Shown here: in pieces, positions 19,177-29,280 of the stretch
Layout of the letters: each line of letters opens with the position of its first letter
Numbering within the stretch: position 1 is the first letter of the stretch
From: Candidatus Eiseniibacteriota bacterium
GTDB lineage: Bacteria > Orphanbacterota > Orphanbacteria > Orphanbacterales > Orphanbacteraceae
Assembly (NCBI GenBank): GCA_016930695.1
Contig: JAFGGD010000034.1
Coordinates: forward strand, 135,375-199,374
Length of the DNA stretch: 64,000 bases
Direction of reading: 5' to 3'
The notes under the pieces: model-generated
Told to the model about the DNA's origin: nothing
The model's database searches: none
The model's input: only the letters and a program-made list of their open reading frames with translations
Position numbers and translations under genes: made by a program

Positions 19177-19694
19177 ACGGAATCGAGAAGGTCGCCGCCG
19201 GCGGAGCGCTGACCACCCGCGTCGACGCGCTCCTCGCCTGGGGGCGGAAGAACTCCCTCTGGCCGCTCCCCTACGGCACCGCCTGCTGCGCCATCGAGTT
19301 CATGGCGGTGGTCGCCTCCCCATTCGACCTCTCCCGCTACGGCGCCGAGGTGGTCCGCTTCTCTCCTCGTCAGAGCGATCTCCTGATCGTCTCCGGCACC
19401 ATCGTGCACAAGCAGGCGGTGATTCTCCGCCGCATCTACCATCAGATGGCGGAGCCGAAGTGGGTGATCGCCATGGGGGCGTGCGCCAGCGCCGGCGCCT
19501 TCTACGACAACTATTGCACCCTGCAGGGGATCGACTCGGTGGTCCCCGTGGACCTGTACATACCCGGCTGTCCGCCCCGCCCCGAAGCGGTGATGCACGC
19601 CCTGGTGGAACTGCAGCGCCGAATCACCGAGGGGATCCCGAGCAAGGCGCAGGTGATCCGGATGGAGGAGGAAAAGAAGGGGGAGGGGGCGTGA
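19167..19694 (+). CDS. nuoB: NADH-quinone oxidoreductase subunit B
   Basis: 'PLPYGTACCAIEFM...GACASAG...IPGCPPRPEA' (N2 cluster Cys). GTG start overlaps nuoA by 10 nt. Confidence 0.9.
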   Translation: MGLNGIEKVAAGGALTTRVDALLAWGRKNSLWPLPYGTACCAIEFMAVVASPFDLSRYGAEVVRFSPRQSDLLIVSGTIVHKQAVILRRIYHQMAEPKWVIAMGACASAGAFYDNYCTLQGIDSVVPVDLYIPGCPPRPEAVMHALVELQRRITEGIPSKAQVIRMEEEKKGEGA

Positions 19695-21394
19695 AGGACC
19701 CGGGGAAAGGCTGGGAAGAACGCTTTCTCGCCTCGATGGAAGGGAAGGTTCGCGTCGAGGGAAACCCCTTCGGCGACTTGGTCTTCCGGACCGAGAGGGA
19801 ACACCTTCCCGCCGCGCTCCGCGCCCTCCGGGACGATCACGGCTTCGACATGCTCCTGGACACGACCGTGGTGGACCGCCTCGAACTCCCCGACCGGGAG
19901 CCGCGCTTCGACCTCGTCTACAACATGCGGCCCTCGCTGGGGGGGCTGCGCGTCCGGGTCCAGGCGCGGATTCCCGCGGAGGACCCGGTCGCCGAGTCGG
20001 CGAGCGGGATTTGGCGGGCCGCCGAATGGGGGGAGAGGGAGGTCTTCGACCAGTACGGTGTCCGCTTCCGCGGCCACCCCAACTGCAAAAGGATCTTGAA
20101 CCACAAAGATTTCGTCGGCCACCCGCTCCGGCGCGACTACGACATCAAGAAGCAGCAGTGGCTCTCCGAGCCGGACGACCTCCTGGACGAGATGGAGAAG
20201 AAGCGCGCCGCCGATCCGGAGCCCGGCGAGCGGGAGTCGATGCTGATCAACCTCGGCCCCTCCCATCCGGCGATGCACGGCGCGCTCCGCGTGCTCCTCG
20301 ACCTGGACGGGGAGACGATCCGTCACGCCGTCCCCGAGATCGGCTACCTGCACCGGGGTTTCGAGAAGAGCGCCGAGAAGGGGAACTACACCCAGGTGAT
20401 CCCCTACACGGACCGTCTGAACTACTGCAGTTCGGTGATGAACAACGTGGGCTATTGCCGGACGGTGGAGAAGATGCTCGGCGTGGAGATCACGCCGCGG
20501 GGCGCGGCGATTCGCGTGATCCTGCTCGAGCTGGGCCGGATCATGGACCACTGCGTGCAGCTCGCCGCCAACCTGGTCGACCTGGGCGCGCTCACCAACT
20601 ACTGGTATCTCTTCAACGAGCGGGAGAAGATCTACAACGTGATCGAGGCGCTCTGCGGCGCCCGGCTCACCCACTGCTATTTCCGGATCGGCGGCTCCTC
20701 CCACGACCTGCACGAGGGATTCGCCGAGGGGGTGCGGGAAGTGCTCCGCTCGGTGCCGCGGGCTCTCGCCGACGTGGAAAAGATGGTGGCGCGCAACCGG
20801 ATCTTCCTCGACCGGACCGTCGGCGTCGGGGCGATTTCCGCGGCCGACGCGATCTCTCACGGCTTCACAGGGCCCTGCCTCCGCGCCGCCGGCGTGCAGA
20901 ACGATCTCCGCAAGGACGAGCCCTATTACGGGTATGAAACGTATGACTGGGACGTGGTGGTCGGCGAGAAGGGCGACACCTACGACCGGATCTGGGTCCG
21001 TTTCGAGGAGGTCCGCCAATCTCTCCGGATCGTGGAGCAGGCGCTCACGCGCCTCCCCGGAGGCCCGGCGAACATCGACGACCCCCGTGTGGTCCTGCCG
21101 CCGAAGCGGGAGGTTTACGAGAACATCGAAGCGCTGATGAACCACTTCATGCTCACCATGTACGGGATCCGGCCCCCCGCCGGCGAGTGCTACGGGGCGA
21201 TCGAGGCGGCGAACGGCGAGCTGGGCTTTTTCACGGTGAGCGACGGGACGGGCCGCCCCTATAAGGTCAAGGTGCGCCCTCCCTGCTTCTATGTCTTCTC
21301 CGCCTTCGAGCGCCTCGTCGAGGGGGGGATGATCCAGGACGCCATCGCCGTGCTGGGGAGCCTGAACATCATCGCCGGGGAGTTGGACCGATGA
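19691..21394 (+). CDS. nuoCD: NADH-quinone oxidoreductase fused subunits C/D
   Basis: N-terminal 30-kDa-like half and a C-terminal 49-kDa half 'NLGPSHPAMHGALRV'; 567 aa fusion as in E. coli. Confidence 0.9.
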   Translation: MKDPGKGWEERFLASMEGKVRVEGNPFGDLVFRTEREHLPAALRALRDDHGFDMLLDTTVVDRLELPDREPRFDLVYNMRPSLGGLRVRVQARIPAEDPVAESASGIWRAAEWGEREVFDQYGVRFRGHPNCKRILNHKDFVGHPLRRDYDIKKQQWLSEPDDLLDEMEKKRAADPEPGERESMLINLGPSHPAMHGALRVLLDLDGETIRHAVPEIGYLHRGFEKSAEKGNYTQVIPYTDRLNYCSSVMNNVGYCRTVEKMLGVEITPRGAAIRVILLELGRIMDHCVQLAANLVDLGALTNYWYLFNEREKIYNVIEALCGARLTHCYFRIGGSSHDLHEGFAEGVREVLRSVPRALADVEKMVARNRIFLDRTVGVGAISAADAISHGFTGPCLRAAGVQNDLRKDEPYYGYETYDWDVVVGEKGDTYDRIWVRFEEVRQSLRIVEQALTRLPGGPANIDDPRVVLPPKREVYENIEALMNHFMLTMYGIRPPAGECYGAIEAANGELGFFTVSDGTGRPYKVKVRPPCFYVFSAFERLVEGGMIQDAIAVLGSLNIIAGELDR

Positions 21395-21891
21395 GCGCCG
21401 CGGAGAAAAGCGCGCGGCCCGCGTGGAAGGAAGAGACGCGGCGGGAGATCGAGGAGCTGCGCGGGCGTTACCCGCACCCCCACGGGATGCTCCTGCCGGT
21501 CCTCTGGCTCGCCCAGAGGGACTTCGGCTGGATCTCGCCGGAGGCGATGGAACTGGTGGCGGAAACCTGCGGCGCCACGCCGGCCCACGTCTACTCTCTG
21601 GTCACCTTCTACACCATGTTCGAGACGGAGCGGCCGATCCGCTATCACATCCAGGTGTGCCAAGGGCTCTCCTGCACGCTCCGCGGCGCGGAGGAGATTC
21701 GCGCCCACATCGAGAAGAGGCTCGGGATACGCGCCGGGATGCGCACCGAAGACGGCCGTTTCCGGCTGAGCGTGGTGGAGTGCCTCGCTTCCTGCGCCAC
21801 CGCGCCGGTGATGCAGGTGAACCGCACCTATTACGAGAACCTGACCGTCGAGAAGGTGGACGCCCTTCTCGAGGAGTGGATGAAGGAATGA
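21391..21891 (+). CDS. nuoE: NADH-quinone oxidoreductase subunit E
   Basis: 24-kDa thioredoxin-like 2Fe-2S subunit, 'CQGLSC...CLASCATAP'. Confidence 0.9.
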   Translation: MSAAEKSARPAWKEETRREIEELRGRYPHPHGMLLPVLWLAQRDFGWISPEAMELVAETCGATPAHVYSLVTFYTMFETERPIRYHIQVCQGLSCTLRGAEEIRAHIEKRLGIRAGMRTEDGRFRLSVVECLASCATAPVMQVNRTYYENLTVEKVDALLEEWMKE

Positions 21892-23159
21892 TCGCGGAGA
21901 CCCGGGTGATCACCGCCCGGATGAACGACACCGACTCGCACACCCTGGAGGGGGCCCGCGCCGCCGGCGGGTACGACGCGGCGCGGAAGGCTTTCGCCAT
22001 GGAGCCGGAGGCGGTGACGGCGCTCGTCAAGGAATCGGGCCTCCGCGGGCGGGGGGGCGCCGGTTTTCCTTGCGGTCTCAAGTGGAGCTTCCTCCGGAAG
22101 GAAAGGGACGTCACCTATCTCTGCGTGAACGCCGACGAGAGCGAGCCGGGCACCTTCAAGGACCGTCTGATCCTCGAGAGGGATCCGCACCTTCTCATCG
22201 AGGGGATCCTGATCGCCTGCCGCGCGATCCGGTGCGCCCACGCCTATCTGTACATCCGGGGGGAGTTCGATCTTCCCTACCGGCGGATCCGGGACGCGGC
22301 GGCGGAGGCGTATCGCGCGGGACTTCTCGGCCCCGACGCGGCGGGTTCGGGGCATCCGATCGACCTCACCATCCACCGCGGCGCCGGCGCCTACATCTGC
22401 GGCGAGGAGACGGGGCTTCTGAACTCGTTGGAGGGGCGAAAGGGACAGCCGCGGATCAAGCCCCCCTTCCCGACCGACGCGGGACTCTTCGGAAAGCCGA
22501 CGGTGATCAACAACGTGGAGACCCTCGCCAACCTCCCCTTCATCCTGACGAGCGGCGCCGAGGCGTATCGCGCCCACGGCACGGAGAAGAGCCCCGGGAC
22601 GCGGCTCTTCGGCGTATCCGGCCACGTGGAGCGTCCCGGTCTCTTCGAACTCGCCATGGGCGTTCCGATGCGCGCGTTGATCGAGGATCTCTGCGGCGGC
22701 GTGCGCGGGGGGAAACGGCTGAAGGCGGTGATCCCGGGCGGGTCGAGCACGCCGGTGCTGACCGCCGAAGAGGCGATGGCGGTCACTCTCGATTTTGAAT
22801 CGGTCCAGGAGGCGGGCTCCATGCTCGGCAGCGCCGGCGTGATCGTGATGGACGAGACGACGGATATGGTGAAGGCGCTGGACGTGCTGATCCGCTTCTA
22901 TGCCCACGAGTCGTGCGGGCAGTGCACCCCCTGCCGGGAGGGGGTCATCTGGATCGCGCGCACGCTCCATAAGATCGCCGAGGGGAGGGGCGGACGGGCG
23001 GACCTGGAAAAGCTGGAGGACCTGGCGCACGGAATCACGGGGAACACGATCTGCGTCTTCTCCGACGCCGCGGCGATGCCGGTGCTCAGCTTCCTCTCGA
23101 AGTTCCGCGGCGAGTTCGAGGCGCGTGTTTCCGGCGCGGGAAGGGAGGGGGCGGCGTGA
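21888..23159 (+). CDS. nuoF: NADH-quinone oxidoreductase subunit F
   Basis: 51-kDa subunit with 'GRGGAGFP' (FMN), 'GAGAYICGEETGL' (NADH) and 'ESCGQCTPCREG' (N3 cluster). Confidence 0.9.
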   Translation: MIAETRVITARMNDTDSHTLEGARAAGGYDAARKAFAMEPEAVTALVKESGLRGRGGAGFPCGLKWSFLRKERDVTYLCVNADESEPGTFKDRLILERDPHLLIEGILIACRAIRCAHAYLYIRGEFDLPYRRIRDAAAEAYRAGLLGPDAAGSGHPIDLTIHRGAGAYICGEETGLLNSLEGRKGQPRIKPPFPTDAGLFGKPTVINNVETLANLPFILTSGAEAYRAHGTEKSPGTRLFGVSGHVERPGLFELAMGVPMRALIEDLCGGVRGGKRLKAVIPGGSSTPVLTAEEAMAVTLDFESVQEAGSMLGSAGVIVMDETTDMVKALDVLIRFYAHESCGQCTPCREGVIWIARTLHKIAEGRGGRADLEKLEDLAHGITGNTICVFSDAAAMPVLSFLSKFRGEFEARVSGAGREGAA

Positions 23160-24682
23160 GCGGCGGCGTGGAGACGGTCCGATTCACGTTGAACGGCGTG
23201 GAGCGAGAAGCGCCCAAAGGGATGCTGCTCATCGACGCGGCGCGTCTCCACGGCGTCGACATCCCCCGTTACTGTTCCCATCCGGGGTTGAAGCCGGAGG
23301 GGAACTGCCGCATGTGCGTGGTGGAGATCGAGAAGATGCCCAAGCTGCAAACCTCCTGCACCACGCCCGTCCAGGAGGGGATGGTGGTCCACACCGAGTC
23401 GGAGAGGGTCCTCGAGGAGAGACGCCGGGTGATGGAGTTTCTCCTCGTGAACCATCCCATCGATTGCCCCATCTGCGACCAGGCCGGCGAGTGCATGCTC
23501 CAGGAGTACTACATGCGCCACGACCTGCAACCCTCGCGCGTCGAGCTCGAGGAGAAGATCCACAAGCCGAAGAGGGTGGACCTGGGGCCGCTCGTGGTTC
23601 TCGACGCGGAGCGCTGCGTCCTCTGCTCCCGCTGCGTCCGCTTCTGCCGGGACGTGGCCGGCGTGGAGGAACTGGCGATCAAAAACCGGGGCGGTCACGC
23701 GGAGATCACCGCCTTTCCGGGACGGCGCCTCGAGAACCCCTATTCGGGGAACGTGATCGACATCTGCCCCGTCGGCGCCCTCACCAGCAGGGATTTCCGT
23801 TTCAAGGTGCGGGTCTGGTTCCTGAAGACCGCCGAGTCGGTCTGCCCGGGCTGCGAGCGGGGATGCTCGATCCATATCGAGCAGTACCAAAACGAAGTGC
23901 AGAGGATCCGCCCGCGGGAGAACCTCCGGGTCAACCGGTATTGGATCTGCGATTTCGGCCGGCTTGATTATCGATGGATCAATGAAAATCGTCTCCTTTC
24001 CGCCGAGGGTCCGTCGGGCCGGCTCCGTCCGGAGGAGGCGGACCGGGAGGCGGCGCGCCTGCTGCGGGAGGCGAAGGCGCCCCTTCTGGTCGCGTCGCCG
24101 CGCATGTCGAACGAGAGTCTCTTCGCGCTCCGTCTCTTTCGGGAGAAGGCGCTTCCCGAGGCGCGGATCGCCGGCGGCTCCTTCCGGGAGCCGTGGGAGG
24201 GGGACGCGATCCTGAAGCGGCCCGACCGGAATCCGAACCGGCGCGGCATGGAGACGCTCGGCCTCGCCGGCGGACCGGAGGAGGCGCTCCGCGCCGGGCC
24301 GGATCTGGTGCTCGTGATCGAGAACGATCTCCTGGGCGACCGGCCGGAGGCGAAGGAGCTTCTTACGGGGAAGAAAGTGATCGTGCTCGCGTCGAACCGG
24401 GACGCCACCGCCTCGGCGGCGGGACTCCGCGTTCCGGTGGCGACCTACGCGGAGACGGAGGGGAGCTGGACCAACTTCGAGGGGATCACCCAGACCTTCC
24501 ATCCGGTGCTGCGGCCGGTGGGGGATTCCCGGAGCGTGGCCGAGGCGCTCGCGGGGATCGCCGCCGCGCTCGGCGCCGACCTCGGCCCGGTGGACGCGGG
24601 GACACTCCGCGCCGCGGTTCTTCGCGAGGCGCCGCAGCTCGATCCGGCCCGCGGAAGGGAGGAGGACGGCCGTGTGGGTTGA
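23156..24682 (+). CDS. nuoG: NADH-quinone oxidoreductase subunit G, short form (508 aa)
   Basis: 2Fe-2S 'CSHPGLKPEGNCRMC', 4Fe-4S 'CPICDQAGEC' and 'CVLCSRCVRFC'. The C-terminal molybdopterin-like region is much shorter than in the 700-900 aa orthologues. Confidence 0.85.
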   Translation: MSGGVETVRFTLNGVEREAPKGMLLIDAARLHGVDIPRYCSHPGLKPEGNCRMCVVEIEKMPKLQTSCTTPVQEGMVVHTESERVLEERRRVMEFLLVNHPIDCPICDQAGECMLQEYYMRHDLQPSRVELEEKIHKPKRVDLGPLVVLDAERCVLCSRCVRFCRDVAGVEELAIKNRGGHAEITAFPGRRLENPYSGNVIDICPVGALTSRDFRFKVRVWFLKTAESVCPGCERGCSIHIEQYQNEVQRIRPRENLRVNRYWICDFGRLDYRWINENRLLSAEGPSGRLRPEEADREAARLLREAKAPLLVASPRMSNESLFALRLFREKALPEARIAGGSFREPWEGDAILKRPDRNPNRRGMETLGLAGGPEEALRAGPDLVLVIENDLLGDRPEAKELLTGKKVIVLASNRDATASAAGLRVPVATYAETEGSWTNFEGITQTFHPVLRPVGDSRSVAEALAGIAAALGADLGPVDAGTLRAAVLREAPQLDPARGREEDGRVG

Positions 24683-25943
24683 CGTGACCGTCGTCGCCGC
24701 GCTCGCCTTCGCCGCCGCCCTGGCGCCGCTCATGTCGATTCCCCTCCTCGTCTGGGCGGAGAGGAAGATGAGCGCTTTCATCCAGGACCGGACGGGACCG
24801 AACCGCGCGGAGATCCTCGGCCTCCGGCTCGGCGGGCTGGTCCACCCCTTCGCGGACGTGGTGAAGCTGATCACCAAGGAGGACCTGACGCCGGAGAGGG
24901 CGGACCGCTTCTATTACACGCTCGCCCCCTTCCTGGCGCTCTTCGTCTCCCTGCTCGCCTTCGCCATTCTTCCGCTGGCGGACACGCTCCACTTCGGCGG
25001 CCGCGCTCTGCCGATGCGGGCGCTGACGCTGAACGCGGGAATCCTCTACATCCTGGCGGTGACCGGGTTCCACGTGTACGCGGTGGTGATCGCCGGCTGG
25101 GCATCCCACAACGGCTACGCGCTCCTCGGCGGCCTCCGATCGGCGGCGCAGATGGTGAGCTACGAGCTGGCGCTCGGCCTCTCGCTGGTCGGCGTGGTCC
25201 TCGTGGCCGGCACGCTCGACCCGGGCGAAATCGTCGCCGGTCAGAGCGGCGTTCTCTTCGGTTTCCTCCCCCGCTGGAACGTGTTCCTCCAGCCCGTCGG
25301 CTTCGTCCTCTTCCTGATCGCCCTCTTCGCCGAAACGAACCGAAACCCCTTCGACCTGCCGGAGGGGGAGTCCGAGATTATCGGTTTTCACGTCGAATAT
25401 TCGAGCATGCGTTTCGCGTCCTTTTTCATGGCCGAGTACGCGTCCATGTTCACCGGAAGCGCCGTGGCGGCCTCGCTCTTCTTCGGCGGTTGGCAGGTCC
25501 CCTGGATCGGCACCGAGGCGCTCCGGGCGAACGCGCCCCTCGTAGCGCGGGTCGCCTTCGGGGCGCTGGCGGCGTTTTGCATCGTCGCGGCTCTCATCGC
25601 GCAGGGATACAAGGGGAGGCTCGCCCGCCTCTACCGGGACCGGCGGAGCCGCGAGGCGACGGTGCTGCAGATGATCTTTCTCTTTACCGCCGCCGTCTCG
25701 CTGATCCTGCTCGCCTTTCTCTCGACTCTCCCCCCTTGGGGGGCGCAGGTGCTGATCGCCTTGGTGCAGGGGGCTTTCCTTCTCGGGAAGACCCTCGCCT
25801 TTACGTTCCTGTTCATTTGGGTCCGTTGGACCCTTCCCCGGTTCCGCTACGACCAGCTGATGGGTCTCGGGTGGAAGAGCCTGGTCCCTCTGGCTCTGCT
25901 CAACCTGGCGGTGACGGGGATCGTGCTTCTCTGGTTCGATTAG
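24672..25943 (+). CDS. nuoH: NADH-quinone oxidoreductase subunit H (423 aa, with an internal ~60-80 aa insertion)
   Basis: ND1 homologue with 'AERKMSAFIQDRTGPN' and 'EGESEIIGFHVEYS'; an extra hydrophobic insert follows 'FFGGWQVPW'. Confidence 0.9.
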   Translation: MWVDVTVVAALAFAAALAPLMSIPLLVWAERKMSAFIQDRTGPNRAEILGLRLGGLVHPFADVVKLITKEDLTPERADRFYYTLAPFLALFVSLLAFAILPLADTLHFGGRALPMRALTLNAGILYILAVTGFHVYAVVIAGWASHNGYALLGGLRSAAQMVSYELALGLSLVGVVLVAGTLDPGEIVAGQSGVLFGFLPRWNVFLQPVGFVLFLIALFAETNRNPFDLPEGESEIIGFHVEYSSMRFASFFMAEYASMFTGSAVAASLFFGGWQVPWIGTEALRANAPLVARVAFGALAAFCIVAALIAQGYKGRLARLYRDRRSREATVLQMIFLFTAAVSLILLAFLSTLPPWGAQVLIALVQGAFLLGKTLAFTFLFIWVRWTLPRFRYDQLMGLGWKSLVPLALLNLAVTGIVLLWFD

Positions 25944-25950
25944 GGGTGCG

Positions 25951-26427
25951 GTGATGATCGGAATCCGAAAAGTGGGCCGTCCGATGAACGCGCCGGAGCG
26001 CTGGTATCTGATCGAGGTGCTCCGGGGGATGGGGGTTTCCCTCCGCCACCTGGTGAGGAACATCTTTCATCAGGACGAGATGCCCACCCTTCAGTACCCG
26101 GAGGAAAAGCGGATCCTCCCGGAGCGTTTCCGCGGGAGGCACCGGCTGATGAAGCGGGAAGACGGGACGCCGCGCTGCACCGCCTGTTTCTGCTGTCAGA
26201 CCGCATGCCCCGCCGACTGCATCAGCATCGAGGCGGGGGAGAGGGAGGACGGCGGGGAGAAGGTGGCGGTCCGGTTTGACATCAATATCCTGCGTTGCGT
26301 ATTCTGCGGTTTCTGCGTGGAGGCGTGCCCCTGCGACGCGATCCGGATGGACACGGGCAAGTACGAGCTGGCCGACGACCGGCGGGAGAAGTTGATCTAC
26401 GACATCGACTTCCTCCTAAACCGTTGA
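25951..26427 (+). CDS. nuoI: NADH-quinone oxidoreductase subunit I
   Basis: Two 4Fe-4S motifs, 'CTACFCCQTACP' and 'CVFCGFCVEACP'. Confidence 0.9.
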   Translation: MMIGIRKVGRPMNAPERWYLIEVLRGMGVSLRHLVRNIFHQDEMPTLQYPEEKRILPERFRGRHRLMKREDGTPRCTACFCCQTACPADCISIEAGEREDGGEKVAVRFDINILRCVFCGFCVEACPCDAIRMDTGKYELADDRREKLIYDIDFLLNR

Positions 26428-26437
26428 CGGGAGAACG

Positions 26438-26935
26438 ATGCTGATCGTCCTTTTCTGGATCCTCTCCGGACTCGCCGTCCTCGCGGCGATAGGGACCGTG
26501 ACCCGGCGGAACCCGCTCTCGGCGGCGCTCTCGCTGGTGATCTGCCTGACGGCGGTGGCGGGACTCTTCGCCGTGCTGGAGGCGCACTTCCTCTTCGCGA
26601 TCCAACTGCTCGTTTACGCCGGCGCGATCATGGTCCTCGTTCTTTACGTCATCATGCTCCTGAACCTGAAGGAGCGGGAGACCCGTCCCCTCGGCGTTTC
26701 CCGGCCCCGCGCCGCCTTCGCCGGGATCGCCGCGGCGCTCGTTCTCGCCGTGCTCGCCCGTGTGTGGGGTTCCCTCGCCGCCTCGCCGCCCGCGCCGCCG
26801 GAGAAGGGATTCGGAACGGTCGAGTCGATGGCGGGAGTTCTGTTTACGAAATATCCGTTTCCGTTTGAAGTGATATCGATTCTCCTGCTGGCGGCCGTGG
26901 TCGGCGCGGTCGTTTTGGCGATGAGGAAGTTCTGA
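26438..26935 (+). CDS. nuoJ: NADH-quinone oxidoreductase subunit J
   Basis: ND6 homologue, 5 TM, 'LLVYAGAIMVL'. Confidence 0.85.
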   Translation: MLIVLFWILSGLAVLAAIGTVTRRNPLSAALSLVICLTAVAGLFAVLEAHFLFAIQLLVYAGAIMVLVLYVIMLLNLKERETRPLGVSRPRAAFAGIAAALVLAVLARVWGSLAASPPAPPEKGFGTVESMAGVLFTKYPFPFEVISILLLAAVVGAVVLAMRKF

Positions 26936-27237
26936 TGCCGCCGGAAACACACCTGCTCGCGGTCAGTACGGTTCTCTTCCTGATCGGATGCGTGGGCGTT
27001 CTCGCCCGCAGGAATCTGCTGGTGGTCCTGATGGCGGTGGAGATCATGCTGAACGCGGCGAACCTGGCTTTCGCCGCCTTCGCGCGCGCCCGAGGGGCCA
27101 TGGACGGACAGGTGGTCGTCTTTTTCGTGATCGCCGTCGCCGCCGCCGAGGCGGCGGTGGGACTGGCGATCGTCGTGGCGCTGTACCGAAAACGCGGAAC
27201 GGTGAACATCGATCGGTTCACCTCTCTGCACCAATAG
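26935..27237 (+). CDS. nuoK: NADH-quinone oxidoreductase subunit K
   Basis: ND4L homologue, 100 aa, 'MAVEIMLNAANLAF...AAAEAAVGLAI'. Shares 1 nt with the nuoJ stop. Confidence 0.9.
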   Translation: MPPETHLLAVSTVLFLIGCVGVLARRNLLVVLMAVEIMLNAANLAFAAFARARGAMDGQVVVFFVIAVAAAEAAVGLAIVVALYRKRGTVNIDRFTSLHQ

Positions 27238-27303
27238 CCGGGATCTTGCGCGGTTTTCGTCGGTAGAAGGATCGCGCGACATCCAGGCGAGGAGGGGGGA
27301 AGA

Positions 27304-29277
27304 GTGGAGAGCGCTCTTCTCTGGATTCTGGTCCTGCCGCTCTTGGGGGCGGCGGTGAACGGCGTCGCGGCGACCGCCTCGGCCCGCCTAGGCCGACCCT
27401 TGCCGCGGGCCTTCTCGGCGGCGGTGGGCTGCGCCGGACCGACGATCAGTTTCCTCCTCGTCCTCCTCCTCTTCCGGCGGATGCTCGGTCTTCCCGAGGG
27501 GGAACGCCTCCTCGAGCGGGAGGTGTTCCGCTGGATCGACGCCGGTTCGCTCACGATCCATCTCCGCCTTCTCGCCGATCCGCTCGGTACGGTGATGGCC
27601 CTGGTGGTCACCGGCGTGGGCGGCTTGATTCACTATTACTCCATCGGCTACATGGCGGAGGATCGCGGCCACGCCCGCTATTTCTCCTTTCTGAATCTGT
27701 TCCTCTTCTTCATGCTCCTCCTGATCCTCGGCGACTCCCTGGCGACCCTCTTCGTCGGTTGGGAAGGAGTGGGGCTCTGCTCCTATCTGCTCATCGGTTT
27801 CTGGTTCGAAGACCGGGCGAAGGCGACGGCGGGGAAGAAGGCGTTCCTGGTGAACCGGATCGGCGACTTCGGCTTCCTCCTCGGCATGCTCCTTCTGGCG
27901 GTCGGTTTCGGCGGGAACGGCGGCGTCGCCACCCTGAAGATCTCCGAGATCGCGGCGCGCCTCCACGAGCTGCCGCCGGGAGTGATCGAGGGGGCGGCGC
28001 TCCTGCTCTTCCTCGGCGCCACCGGAAAGTCGGCGCAGATCCCGCTTTACGTCTGGCTCCCCGACGCCATGGCGGGACCCACGCCGGTTTCGGCGCTGAT
28101 CCACGCCGCCACCATGGTGACCGCCGGCGTCTATATGATCGCGCGCATGGAGGCGCTCTACGCGGCGGCGCCGATCGCCTCGGCCGTCGTGCTCGTCGTC
28201 GGCGCGGCGACGGCGCTCTTCGCGGCGGTGATCGGGATCGCTCAGACGGACATCAAGAAGGTGCTCGCCTACTCCACGGTGAGCCAGCTCGGTTACATGA
28301 TGATCGGGGTCGGCGCCGGCGCCTTCGCGGCGGGGATCTTTCACGTATTCACCCACGCCTTCTTCAAGGCCTGTCTCTTTCTGGGCGCCGGGTCCGTGAT
28401 CCATGCCCTCCATCACGAGCAGGACATCCGAAGGATGGGCGGGCTCCTGAAGCGGATGCCCCTCACCGGCTGGACTTTTCTCGTCTCCGCGGCGGCGATC
28501 GCCGGGTTCCCGCCCCTGTCGGGGTTTTTCTCCAAGGACGAGATCCTCTTCCGCGCCTTCACGGGCGCCAACGAGGCGGTTCCCTGGGCGCCGCGTTTCG
28601 CCTGGATCCTCGGCACGCTGGCGGCGGTGCTCACCGCCTTTTACATGTTCCGTCTCTTCTTTCTGGTCTTCGCAGGCGACGCGCGGGGGGAAGGGGCGAA
28701 GCACGCCCGCGAATCGAACGGGTGGTTCACCGTCCCCCTCGTGATCCTGGCGGCGGGCGCGGCGCTCGCGGGTTTTCTCGGCGTGCCGGCCGCCCTCGGC
28801 GGCGCGAACCGTTTCGAGGCGTTTCTCGCCTCGGGCGGCGGTTCCGCCGCGCACGGCCACGGGCATTTCCCGGCCCATCCCGCCTCCCACGGCGCGGAGC
28901 TGGGGCTGATGGGGCTCGCGGCGATCATCGCCCTCGCCGGCACCCTCCTCGCCTGGTGGCTTTACAGGCGGGATCCGGAGCGGCCGGCGCGGATCGCGGC
29001 GCGCTTTCCCGCGGCGTACCGGACGATTCGGGACAAATTCTACGTGGACGAGGTCTACTACCTGCTCGTCGTGCTGCCGCTGACGGGGATCTCCCGGCGG
29101 CTCCTCTGGCGGGTGGTGGACGTGCGGTTCGTGGACGGTCTGGTGAACCTGACCGGACACCTGACCCGGGGCGCGAGCTTTCTGGTCCGCTTCGCCCAGA
29201 CCGGACACGCGCAGACTTACGGCTTCGTGATCCTGGCGGCGGTGGCGGCGCTGCTCTGGAAGGTGTTTTCGGGGTAA
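27304..29277 (+). CDS. nuoL: NADH-quinone oxidoreductase subunit L
   Basis: ND5 antiporter-like subunit with 'GWEGVGLCSYLLIGFW', 'ALIHAATMVTAGVYM' and a C-terminal long helix; 657 aa. Confidence 0.9.
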   Translation: MESALLWILVLPLLGAAVNGVAATASARLGRPLPRAFSAAVGCAGPTISFLLVLLLFRRMLGLPEGERLLEREVFRWIDAGSLTIHLRLLADPLGTVMALVVTGVGGLIHYYSIGYMAEDRGHARYFSFLNLFLFFMLLLILGDSLATLFVGWEGVGLCSYLLIGFWFEDRAKATAGKKAFLVNRIGDFGFLLGMLLLAVGFGGNGGVATLKISEIAARLHELPPGVIEGAALLLFLGATGKSAQIPLYVWLPDAMAGPTPVSALIHAATMVTAGVYMIARMEALYAAAPIASAVVLVVGAATALFAAVIGIAQTDIKKVLAYSTVSQLGYMMIGVGAGAFAAGIFHVFTHAFFKACLFLGAGSVIHALHHEQDIRRMGGLLKRMPLTGWTFLVSAAAIAGFPPLSGFFSKDEILFRAFTGANEAVPWAPRFAWILGTLAAVLTAFYMFRLFFLVFAGDARGEGAKHARESNGWFTVPLVILAAGAALAGFLGVPAALGGANRFEAFLASGGGSAAHGHGHFPAHPASHGAELGLMGLAAIIALAGTLLAWWLYRRDPERPARIAARFPAAYRTIRDKFYVDEVYYLLVVLPLTGISRRLLWRVVDVRFVDGLVNLTGHLTRGASFLVRFAQTGHAQTYGFVILAAVAALLWKVFSG

Positions 29278-29280
29278 AGA